Below are positions 45,863-54,619 of a stretch of DNA of 60,397 bases, one piece after another. Location: positions 1-60,397 of the IMG/VR virus record IMGVR_UViG_3300038560_000015, one strand, 5' to 3'. Origin of the DNA: a virus. Taxonomy: Duplodnaviria; Caudoviricetes. The notes under the pieces are model-generated. The model had not been told where the DNA came from, made no database searches, and was given only the letters and a program-made list of their open reading frames with translations. Positions within the stretch are counted from its first letter, which is position 1. Each line of letters starts with the position of its first letter. The translations under genes and the position numbers were made by a program.

Positions 45863-46186
45863 CCTATTTTTTCGAGCAGCGATGCCTTTGAGCGTGTTGT
45901 GTTGCACGCAGAGACAAGCGCCGTTGGCTGGGTCGAAGAGTGCGCCGCCGTCCTGGCGTTCGACGATATGGTCGGCGATCATCCGATGCTCGGGCGCCGC
46001 GCGTTCGCAACGCACGCCATCCTCAATCCACTGGCAGCGCCAGTCGGCCCGGCTGCATACGATCTCACGGAAGCGCCGGTGCTGCTGCGTCAGCAGTTCC
46101 TCATCGGCCGTCTTTGGGGATGGCTTGACGATACGGCCATCAAAGCGACCGACAAGCGGCTTGAGCGTCGGCAGCTTTGTCGCCAT
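45842..46186 (-). CDS. HNH endonuclease (terminase-associated)
   Basis: RC...ADHIVERQDGG..FDPAN..CLCVQHN. Confidence 0.88.
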   Translation of the reverse strand: MATKLPTLKPLVGRFDGRIVKPSPKTADEELLTQQHRRFREIVCSRADWRCQWIEDGVRCERAAPEHRMIADHIVERQDGGALFDPANGACLCVQHNTLKGIAARKNRSGGVGG

Positions 46187-46395
46187 CACACACGCCGCGG
46201 CGAACGGTTCCAAGGCCTGCCGTGTGCCGGCGGCAGACGCCTTAAGCGTGTGATCAGGTCGTGGCGATAGCGCCGGCAGACGTTCCCGCCTTGTTGGCCG
46301 CGCCAGCGTTCCATCCGATGCTTGTTCGGATTTAGCTGAAAACGGTGAAAGCGCCGGCCATCTGAGCGGAGAGCATAGAGCATACACCCTATGAC

Positions 46396-46425
46396 AACAA
46401 AAAAGCCGAGGCGTTTGCCCCGGCT
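46396..46425 (-). terminator. Intrinsic terminator upstream of the late genes
   Basis: AGCCGGGGC-AAAC-GCCTCGGCT followed by TTTTTGTT. Confidence 0.7.
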
Positions 46426-46510
46426 CCATGGCTTCGCTTTGGCCACGGACCTCGCTTGGCCCGATCATCCGCCAGTCGCCGTTCCCACGTCCAATCGCTT
46501 GGCAGGTACG

Positions 46511-47161
46511 TTAAGCGAGGCCCAACGCTCGTCGCAGTGCCTGATTCCTTCCGTCGTCGTCAAGCGTCTCGATCCCAGTCCAGTAGGACTTGGTGTAGAC
46601 GGCGACGATCTCATTCTCGGTAAAGCGTTCTTCGCGCAAGCGTTCTTCCTGAGTTTTGTTGCTATTGCGCCAGCGCTTTTTCTTCTTGGGATAACCGATC
46701 AGTTCGAGGGTGATGCTAAGTGGGCGATGCTTGTTTTCGACGGCCTTGATTCGGGCAATGTCGGCATCGCTGATGATCGCGGGGTTGTCTTCGATCAGCA
46801 CAAAGCGCAAAACGCCGGGACAGGCGAGCACGCGGCCATAATGCCGGTTGATGCCCCACAAGAATACGAAAATATATCCTCGAAACATCGGATGCAGCGA
46901 TTTGACACGACGACCGCGGCGCATTTCGTCGGTTTCGACCTCCGGGACGTAAATGCCGAAGCGGCGAGCGCTCAGATGGGCCGCGGCGATCTTCTGATGG
47001 CCCGGTGTTGTCTCGATTACATACCACGCCGGAGTGACGCCAGCGACGATCTCCGCATCGAGCTTGTTGCGTCCCTCATAATCGACGATCTGTCCATTCG
47101 AAGTTGCCGCCCGGACCATCGCCATATTCCCGCCCGTCGTGGTCTCGCTCGCCATCAGCAT
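46511..47161 (-). CDS. NusG/RfaH-family antiterminator (NGN domain)
   Basis: WYVIETTPGHQK; YVPE; PMFRGYIFV; PGVLRFV; at the Q-gene position. Confidence 0.85.
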   Translation of the reverse strand: MLMASETTTGGNMAMVRAATSNGQIVDYEGRNKLDAEIVAGVTPAWYVIETTPGHQKIAAAHLSARRFGIYVPEVETDEMRRGRRVKSLHPMFRGYIFVFLWGINRHYGRVLACPGVLRFVLIEDNPAIISDADIARIKAVENKHRPLSITLELIGYPKKKKRWRNSNKTQEERLREERFTENEIVAVYTKSYWTGIETLDDDGRNQALRRALGLA

Positions 47162-47174
47162 GTTCCCCTCGCTT

Positions 47175-48344
47175 TCACTTGAAATCCGCAAGTTCTTCAT
47201 CGCTGCAGCCGATATCGGGTGCAGTTATCGAAATCGTTCCGTCTTTGCGCGGCGGCCATGGCCACGGCGCGCGGGAGCCTTCGGTCAACCGACGCCAGAT
47301 TTCGATTTCCAGATGTTCCGCGAGCAAGCTATTCCAGGCGCCAGCCTGTTGCCGCGTCAGCGCAACCCACTCGCGATCAGGCTTTGCCGATGCCAGCGCC
47401 AGCAATTGCGGCGTGATCGGCTTTCGATACCAGATGCCGCCGTCAACGGCGTGTTTCGAGCCGAAAATCAGGTTTTCCTTGCCGGCGATCTTGTGCAGCG
47501 TGGCGACGGCGGTCCATTCACGGCTGCCACGCGGAAGCGGCGTCGGAACAGGGTCGCACAACCCGTCGAAAATGCGATCACGAAGGAACTTGTGGGCGTC
47601 CTTGGGACGGCGGGCAAGCTTCTCGCATTCCGGGCCATAGCGACCGGCAGCAACGACGGCCTTTTCCTGATCGATCTCGGAAAGCGCCTTGAACCACGGC
47701 CAAGCGGCTTTCCAGTCGTTCACCTTGATCGGATATTTGCGTTTGAAGCGTTCGAAGCGCTCGTAGGCCGATTGCTCTTTCTCGCCCACCTGCAGCGGCT
47801 CGGCTTGGGAAGGGCTTTGGGTAGGGTTTAGGTTCCTAACAGGTTCCTCTATAGGCTGCCGCTGTAGAGCGGTAGCGTCGACCGCTGGTGGCGGCAGCGT
47901 AGAGCCGGAAACGCTGCCGCCAGTTGCGGTAGCGTCAGGGCCGGAATCATCCGTTGGCGCGCGGCTTTCTTCACTATCAACGCTGCCGCCAGTTGCGGTA
48001 GCGTTTTCAGCCTCGCCGAGGATGTCGCAGCCACTTGGGAGGTGTGGCAAAATCTCGTCAACCGGCGCGCCGAACAGCGGCGACGGCTTCAAAATCAGGA
48101 AGTCATGCGTGCGCCGGCCGAACCGCTTGAGCTTCACCCGCCGCACGAGGCCGGCTTCGACCAGGTCGCTGAGATAGCGCTGCACGCTGTCAGACGATTG
48201 CTCGCTTTCGTCGGCGATCAGATCCTGCTTCGGATAGGCGAACCACAGCGGCCCGGCATAGTTGGCGATCGACCACAAGACGCACTTCGCCCGCGGCGAG
48301 CCCGTCTTTTGCTCGATCGCCCAAGTCATGGCCTGGAAGCTCAT
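47175..48344 (-). CDS. Replication initiator with N-terminal HTH
   Basis: MSFQAMTWA..Q.TGS..AK.VL..IANYA; FERFKRKYP; internal iterons. Confidence 0.8.
   Translation of the reverse strand: MSFQAMTWAIEQKTGSPRAKCVLWSIANYAGPLWFAYPKQDLIADESEQSSDSVQRYLSDLVEAGLVRRVKLKRFGRRTHDFLILKPSPLFGAPVDEILPHLPSGCDILGEAENATATGGSVDSEESRAPTDDSGPDATATGGSVSGSTLPPPAVDATALQRQPIEEPVRNLNPTQSPSQAEPLQVGEKEQSAYERFERFKRKYPIKVNDWKAAWPWFKALSEIDQEKAVVAAGRYGPECEKLARRPKDAHKFLRDRIFDGLCDPVPTPLPRGSREWTAVATLHKIAGKENLIFGSKHAVDGGIWYRKPITPQLLALASAKPDREWVALTRQQAGAWNSLLAEHLEIEIWRRLTEGSRAPWPWPPRKDGTISITAPDIGCSDEELADFK
47855..48004. repeat. Iteron-like repeats, probable origin
   Basis: AACGCTGCCGCCAGTTGCGGTAGCGT at 47910-47935 and 47979-48004; degenerate copies at 47855-47878 and inverted at 47881-47900. 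Confidence 0.75.
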
Positions 48345-48812
48345 TTACCGGCCTGTGGATAAGCGGGAATAGCGGGGATTGACGGCAGGGGAATCGTCAT
48401 CGCAGCGCGACGGCGAGACGGGCGCACCGTAGGATGGTTTCGTGGGCGAAGTGGTGTCCGCGCCGTTTTTACGGTCGAGCGCGCTATAGCCCGGCGGCGG
48501 GTCGCCGAAGAATTCCTGCGTCGGCGTCCGACGATTTATCGCCTCGATGCGGCGCTCGCGTTCGGCGATGACGTAATCTGGCGCTTTTCCTTCGGCGTGC
48601 TCGGCGACATGCATCCGCGCCCTTGAGAAAGCGCCGCCGTTATTCACGAACCGATTTTCGACGCTCGTCTTTTGACGGCCAAGTTTTTTGGCGATGGCGC
48701 TAAAGGCACGGCTTTTCCAGCCGAAGCCGCCGCGCGCCTGCGCTTCGGTAAATATCTCCGTCGCGATTTTCGCTTCGCTATCGGACCAGGCATTGCGGCG
48801 GTCAAACCTCAC
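48345..48812 (-). CDS. Hypothetical protein
   Basis: FFGDPPPGYSALD motif. Confidence 0.65.
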   Translation of the reverse strand: MRFDRRNAWSDSEAKIATEIFTEAQARGGFGWKSRAFSAIAKKLGRQKTSVENRFVNNGGAFSRARMHVAEHAEGKAPDYVIAERERRIEAINRRTPTQEFFGDPPPGYSALDRKNGADTTSPTKPSYGAPVSPSRCDDDSPAVNPRYSRLSTGR

Positions 48813-49008
48813 AGCATCGCCTCCCCGGCCAAAACAACCGCAACCGGCACATGCTCGATGAGCTCAATGAATGCGCGCGGCACGCATCGTTGCCGTTCCG
48901 GCAGGCTTTGGCAGGCCTCATCGGCGAGCGCGAAGGCGCCGCAGAATTGGCAGCGCGACACGATGATGCCAAAGTCGAGATCGCGGAGCAGCGGGAGTGC
49001 GGTTTGTC

Positions 49009-50859
49009 TCATGCGCGGCTCCGCAGCATCGCCAGCACGCTCGCCATGTGTTCGCTCGCCGCTTGCTTGGCGTCGCGCCGGTCATCGTCGGTTTCGCTCT
49101 TGTCCTGCATCAAGCCTGTGAATTGGCTGGCCTTGAGATTGAGCGTCGACATGACGAACGGATCGGTGCCGAGATCGGTGACGAGGTAGTAAGCTAAAAC
49201 GCTGTCGCGCTGGCCCATGCGGTGGGCGCGATCTTCCGCCTGCCGATGAATGGCCGGCGACCAATCAAGCTCGGCAAAAACGACGACGCGGGCTCGCGCC
49301 TGCAGGCCGTCAAGGCCGGTCGCGACCCGCAGCGAGATCAAACAAAGGTTCGTCTCGTTTTCGACAAAGCGCCGCTGGGAGTCGTCCTTGACGTTTTTGT
49401 CTTCGCGACCGGTGATGCACGATGGCTTGAATTCGTCGAGCGCTTCGAGGATGCCGTCGACAATGGCGTGATGGTGCACGAAGCACAGCGTCGGTTCGCC
49501 GGCTTCCATGAGACCGCGCAGAAACCCAATAACGGCGGGCAGTTTTGCCATCGCCGTCGCACGCCGCGTTTCGCGGATCGCTTCGGCTTCCATCCGCGCG
49601 CGGTCGAACGGATCGTCGATTTCGGCGGCTTCGCGCGCGAGCTTTGCGGCATTGGAAACCAGATCGGCGAAAATACCGGCATCGCCGGCAATCGGTTCGA
49701 TCACGCGACGTTTCGCCGGCAGTTCCAGTTGCACGTCGGCCTTGCGCCTTCGCAGCATCAGGCGCCGATCGGCAAGATACTCGCCCAGCACTTCCGGATT
49801 ATCGACGACAAGCTTGCGGTCGACATAGACGCACCACGCGCGCTCGAAATCGGCGCGCGTCGACAGCGCGCCGCGGCAGAGCGCGTTCATCACGGTGTGC
49901 ATTTCCGGGCCGTGGTTATAGATCGGCGTGCCGCTCAATCCGGCGACGTTTTCCGCGGCGCGCGACAGATCAGTGCACGCTTCATGCTTGCGCGTGCCGG
50001 GGTGCCGAAGTTCCTGACATTCGTCGAAGATGACAGTCTTGACGCCGCGCTCGATCAGAAACGAGGACCATGCGTGCAGCACCAAATAATGCACGATGTA
50101 GATATCCGCTGTTGGCGTGGCATCGAGACGCTTTGCGCCGTTGAGCGATATCCAGCGCAGCGCGTCGGGATTGGCCGGCAGCGCGTCGCCGGCATCGCGC
50201 ACGCGCATGAATTCCGGCAGCTTCTTTTCCCAATGGCGCTGGACATGCGACTGCACCACGATCGCCGCCGGATAGGCGTTGATCCGATCGAGGAAGCCGA
50301 AGGCCTGGACGGTCTTGCCCAGGCCCATATCGTCGGCGAGCAACCCCTTCCGCACCGCGCAGAGCCATGCGACGCCTTCGGTTTGGAACGGCAGGAGATT
50401 GCCGAGAAAGTGCCGTCCCGCAGCGGTTTCTGCCGGTACTGACGCGGCGATATGGCGCTCGGCGACGAGCTGGCGATAGAAGCGATCGAACATTGCTTGC
50501 GCCGCGTCAGTCATCTTGAGCGGGAAGCGATGCAGCAATAGCAATAGCTCGTCGAAATTGCCGAGCGTCGCGGCGAACGAGTGCCGGTTGATCGAGGCGT
50601 CGCTGTCGTAACCAAACAGCTTGCGCGCCATCAGCACGGCATGCGCCGATCCCGATATCTTCCATTGCGGCCAGCGCGGCGATTTCGGATCGTCCGGCTC
50701 GGAATAATCGAGCGTGCCGACCGTGCTTTCGAGCGGCGGGCGCGTCAGAACCGTCGGCAACTTGACCGCCGGCTCGTCGTCCTTCCAGGCAAGCTTGTCC
50801 GCAAGCTTAAGCATCCAGTCAGGATCGTCGGCTGCGCAAATTTGCGCACGCTCGTTCAT
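49009..50859 (-). CDS. SNF2-family helicase/ATPase
   Basis: LLADDMGLGKT; DECQ; LSGTP; QAEDRAHRMGQ. Confidence 0.92.
   Translation of the reverse strand: MNERAQICAADDPDWMLKLADKLAWKDDEPAVKLPTVLTRPPLESTVGTLDYSEPDDPKSPRWPQWKISGSAHAVLMARKLFGYDSDASINRHSFAATLGNFDELLLLLHRFPLKMTDAAQAMFDRFYRQLVAERHIAASVPAETAAGRHFLGNLLPFQTEGVAWLCAVRKGLLADDMGLGKTVQAFGFLDRINAYPAAIVVQSHVQRHWEKKLPEFMRVRDAGDALPANPDALRWISLNGAKRLDATPTADIYIVHYLVLHAWSSFLIERGVKTVIFDECQELRHPGTRKHEACTDLSRAAENVAGLSGTPIYNHGPEMHTVMNALCRGALSTRADFERAWCVYVDRKLVVDNPEVLGEYLADRRLMLRRRKADVQLELPAKRRVIEPIAGDAGIFADLVSNAAKLAREAAEIDDPFDRARMEAEAIRETRRATAMAKLPAVIGFLRGLMEAGEPTLCFVHHHAIVDGILEALDEFKPSCITGREDKNVKDDSQRRFVENETNLCLISLRVATGLDGLQARARVVVFAELDWSPAIHRQAEDRAHRMGQRDSVLAYYLVTDLGTDPFVMSTLNLKASQFTGLMQDKSETDDDRRDAKQAASEHMASVLAMLRSRA
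50830..50849. repeat. Dispersed palindrome copy at the helicase 5' end
   Basis: GGCTGCGCAAATTTGCGCAC. Confidence 0.9.
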
Positions 50860-50860
50860 T

Positions 50861-51139
50861 TCACAGCATCCCCAGCGCGTGCAGATAGGTTTTTAAGATC
50901 GCCTCATGCTCCTTTCGCTCGGCGACGTCCTGCTTGCGGAGCCGCACGACGACGCGAAGCGTTTTCACGTCGAAGCCGTTACCCTTGGCTTCGGCATAGA
51001 TGTCGCGGATATCGTCAACGATGGCTTTTTTCTCTTCCTCCATGCGCTCGATGCGCTCGACGAAGGCCTTGAGCTGATCCCTAGCAGACTTTGTTGCGCC
51101 GCTGTTATGGCCTTCGCCGGGGTTTGTTTGCTCGCTCAC
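50861..51139 (-). CDS. GapR-like DUF2312 DNA-binding protein
   Basis: [16 protein letters not shown]...[12 protein letters not shown]...YLHALGM. Confidence 0.92.
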   Translation of the reverse strand: MSEQTNPGEGHNSGATKSARDQLKAFVERIERMEEEKKAIVDDIRDIYAEAKGNGFDVKTLRVVVRLRKQDVAERKEHEAILKTYLHALGML

Positions 51140-51152
51140 GTTTCAGCTTCCT

Positions 51153-52181
51153 CTAATTCGAGGGGGGGGGTGCGTTGGCTTCGTCGAACTTGGCGAGGTC
51201 GAAGAGTGCCGGCTCCATCGGCGTTTCTTCCGGCACATAGCGGGCTTTAAGATTGAGAACTGCCTGGCGGAAGTACGATGGCTTTAATTCAGCGCCGACC
51301 GCGCGGCGTCCCATCTGCACGGCGGTGACCAATTCGGAGCCGATGCCGGCGAATGGCGAAAACACCACGTCATGCTCGTTGCTCCAAAGGTCGACGCAGC
51401 GGCGGATGACGGTCAGTTGCAGGGGTGAGATATGGCGCTCGTCTTTTTCATCGCGAACACCATCGCGCGACAGGACGTCACTCGGCGCAATGTCGCTCCA
51501 CACCGGCTCGGCGTAGCGCTGCCAGACGGCGATGCTGTAGCGCTCGTCCCCCGGCCACAGCGTCTGCCGTCCGTGCATTCGCGATTCCTGCACGATCGGC
51601 CCGTGCGGCGTCGTTTCCGTGCCGAAGTAGCAGTCCATGATGCCGCTGATTGGCTCAGGATTTTCGCCGGGCTTGCGCATTGTGACGATGTAATCGGCCA
51701 CAGCCATGCGGGAGAGTGCTGAATCCTTGGCAAGCTGTTTATGCAGAAGCCCAATGTGTTTGGTGCGCTGCATCGCCTGCACCGGGTCTTTTCGGATGCA
51801 AACTTCCGAGTGGTAGATAAAACCGGCGCCAACATGTGCCCGGATGATCTCGCCGCGGAAATCGCGCAAGCCGATATAGCCATCGCGCGTCTTGCTTGTA
51901 GGCAGTTGCATGCAGTGGATCGATATGAGCCGGCCGGGCTTTGTGATCCGAAAGCATTCCTCGATCAGAAACTCATAATGCGCCCAAAACTCAGCGAACG
52001 ATGTGCAATTCGAGATGTCGCGAAGATCGTCAGAGAAGGTAAACAAGCCCGGGAATGGCGGGCTATAGATCGTATAGTGCACGGACGCATCGGGAAGTCC
52101 GCGCGCAACCTCTACGCAATCGCCGTTCCAGATCGCCCAGTCGTCGCCGATAACCTGATCGGCCACTGTCACGTCAGCCAT
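51153..52181 (-). CDS. Amino (probably N4C) DNA methyltransferase
   Basis: GDC; SPPF; HISPLQL; SPFAGIGSE; ELKPSY. Confidence 0.9.
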   Translation of the reverse strand: MADVTVADQVIGDDWAIWNGDCVEVARGLPDASVHYTIYSPPFPGLFTFSDDLRDISNCTSFAEFWAHYEFLIEECFRITKPGRLISIHCMQLPTSKTRDGYIGLRDFRGEIIRAHVGAGFIYHSEVCIRKDPVQAMQRTKHIGLLHKQLAKDSALSRMAVADYIVTMRKPGENPEPISGIMDCYFGTETTPHGPIVQESRMHGRQTLWPGDERYSIAVWQRYAEPVWSDIAPSDVLSRDGVRDEKDERHISPLQLTVIRRCVDLWSNEHDVVFSPFAGIGSELVTAVQMGRRAVGAELKPSYFRQAVLNLKARYVPEETPMEPALFDLAKFDEANAPPPSN

Positions 52182-54619
52182 TGCGGCACCTGCATAGGCT
52201 TGTCGTGGATTGAGATCGTGCGCTGCGGTCGCAAATTGACGGCCGTCAAATCGCGCATGTGCTCGGCCATCGATGCCGCCATGTAGTCGGCAGCCTCTTC
52301 CTTGGCTTCGAGATTAGCGACGACCGCGCCTTCCACGTCGGCGGCGACGAGATGAACATTGACCGCCCTGGTTTGACCGAAGCGCCAGCAGCGGCGGATC
52401 GCTTGATAAAGCTGCTCAAAGCTGTCGTTAAGCCCGACGAACACCATGTCGGCACAGCGCTGAAAGTTCATGCCCCAGCCGGCAATGCTCGGCTTGCTGA
52501 TCAGTATTTGATGTTCACCTCTCGCAAAGCCTAGAAGGCGCGCGGCCTTCACATCCGGATCGTCGCTGCCGCGAACCTCGATCGCGCCTGGGATCGCCTG
52601 CGTGAGCGCGGAGGATTCATCGTTGAGATTGCACCAGACGAGCCATTGTCGGTCACGCGCGCTGTTGACTATCGCCGCAGCGGCGGCCACGCGCTCAGTC
52701 AAGGTATTGCGTCGGGCGGCAAGTCGCTCTTGAAGGGTCCGTGCCAGTTGAGGTTCAAGCAACCCCTCGCTGCCCTTGGTCTTGATCGTGACCGGGAATT
52801 TGTTAAGCGCGGGCAGATCATAACCCGCCTCTTCGTAACCGAGATCGCGCGGATGGCGGATCAGGACCGACCATGACGCCAGCCAGCGCCAAAAATCATC
52901 CTCGGCATGCCCCTTAAGGCGCCAGTCGCTGCCCTGCCGAAGGCCATGGTTCTCGATATTTGTGGCGCGGCTCGATCCGTCATGGACGAACCAAGTAGCG
53001 AGCATTTCCTTGTGCTGCAAAATGCCGAGAAATTCGGCATGGTTGCCGAGTTCGACGTAATCGTTAGGTGCCGGCGTTGCCGTGCAGCACAGCCGATATT
53101 GTGTCTCTGCGAATGTCTCGATCAGAGATTGGCGCGTCTTGCCGTCAAACGCTTTGAGGATGCTCGATTCATCAAGCACGATGCCTGCAAATTTAGAGGC
53201 ATCGAATTTTTCCAGCCGCTCGTAGTTCGTCACAACGATGCTGCTGGCAGCCTCGGCTTGGCTTCGCGCGTAGGCGACAGACGCTATTGAAAATCTCTCC
53301 GCCTCCGCGACCGTCTGTTGGGCAACGGCAAGCGGCGTCAGGATCAGAACAGGTCCAGCAAACCGGCTCACAATCTGATCGGCCCACGATAGCTGCTGTA
53401 TCGTCTTTCCGAGACCGGTGCCGGCGAATATTGCCGCCCTGCCGCGCTTAAGCGCCCAGCGCACGATATCGCGCTGGAACGGCTTTAGCGCGGGATTGAG
53501 AGCGTCGCCCGTTATATCGAAGCCGTTCGCAATCGGCAGGCGAATCTTGCTTTCGAGAAAGTGCCGGTACTCGCCATTGCGTTTGTGGCCTATAGCGGGC
53601 GCGTCATCCTCATCCTTCCAAGCCAATTTCTCGGCCAGCTTGAGCATCCAATCCGGATCATCGGGAAGCGAGCCGGCAAGCGCTGGATTCGCGACAGCGC
53701 CTGCCGTCTCTGGCGCTACGGATTGGGCTGGCGGGCTCGCCTCCGTAGCGATCGGTTCGTCCCCGCGAGCTTCTGCCCGCTCCTCACGCGGCGCAGCTTC
53801 CGCTTGTGTTTGCAGCGCAGGCTCTTGGTGGACATGGTCGTCTCCTTTATCGAACTTCTGCCAATGCGCCTCGATCGCGGCGTCCATTTCGTGATGCTGC
53901 GATGGCCGATAGGCAAACGATGCGCCGCAGTCGCAGGCGCCGATGCTCATCGGCTTGTCGGGATCGGAATAATCGATGGTGTGGTGAACGACGTGGCCGG
54001 CTGGATAGACCTTGCGGGCTTTGTTTTGGGCGACGAGTTCGGCGACGACCGGATCGGTTATATGCGCCGGCGGCCCGGCGCTTTCTTTTTCAGCGTCGCT
54101 CGCTTCGCTTTGCGCGCTGTGTGCGGGCCGAGGATGTCGCGCTCTTTCAAGATGTTCTTCATCCTGAGAACGTTCCTGCTGGCACGAATCGGCTTGTGTT
54201 TCGGCTTGCGGCTCATCGGCACTCTCCGACTTTATCCTAGCGACGGACGGCTTGAGCGACAACGCCCATTCGATCATCCGGCCCGCGGCGCCGGCGTCCC
54301 AATGGATGCCCTGGTCGGCAGACTGTCGCGCAAAGCGCCGGAAATCCTTGATCTTGCGCGCGATCGAGCAGCGCAGCGCCGCTTCTCTTGTCGGGAATTG
54401 CGGATTGTCGATCGAGAAGCCGTTATGGCGCACAAGCCATTGGCCGTTATCGAGAGGCAGTACGCCGATGATCGCGACCGCCGAGCGATGCTGCGGATTG
54501 TCGGGCTCGAATATCTCGCCCTGATCGTCGCGGAAGAAACGGCCCATGCCGGCTTGCGGCGGCTCGCCGGTGGCCGTCTGCAGAAGCGGAGCGATCAGGT
54601 TGGGGTCGTGGGCGTTCAT
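52169..54619 (-). CDS. SNF2-like helicase with long N-terminal extension
   Basis: GTGLGKT; DESS; TATPAPND; QAIRRCWRFGQ. Confidence 0.9.
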   Translation of the reverse strand: MNAHDPNLIAPLLQTATGEPPQAGMGRFFRDDQGEIFEPDNPQHRSAVAIIGVLPLDNGQWLVRHNGFSIDNPQFPTREAALRCSIARKIKDFRRFARQSADQGIHWDAGAAGRMIEWALSLKPSVARIKSESADEPQAETQADSCQQERSQDEEHLERARHPRPAHSAQSEASDAEKESAGPPAHITDPVVAELVAQNKARKVYPAGHVVHHTIDYSDPDKPMSIGACDCGASFAYRPSQHHEMDAAIEAHWQKFDKGDDHVHQEPALQTQAEAAPREERAEARGDEPIATEASPPAQSVAPETAGAVANPALAGSLPDDPDWMLKLAEKLAWKDEDDAPAIGHKRNGEYRHFLESKIRLPIANGFDITGDALNPALKPFQRDIVRWALKRGRAAIFAGTGLGKTIQQLSWADQIVSRFAGPVLILTPLAVAQQTVAEAERFSIASVAYARSQAEAASSIVVTNYERLEKFDASKFAGIVLDESSILKAFDGKTRQSLIETFAETQYRLCCTATPAPNDYVELGNHAEFLGILQHKEMLATWFVHDGSSRATNIENHGLRQGSDWRLKGHAEDDFWRWLASWSVLIRHPRDLGYEEAGYDLPALNKFPVTIKTKGSEGLLEPQLARTLQERLAARRNTLTERVAAAAAIVNSARDRQWLVWCNLNDESSALTQAIPGAIEVRGSDDPDVKAARLLGFARGEHQILISKPSIAGWGMNFQRCADMVFVGLNDSFEQLYQAIRRCWRFGQTRAVNVHLVAADVEGAVVANLEAKEEAADYMAASMAEHMRDLTAVNLRPQRTISIHDKPMQVPQWLT

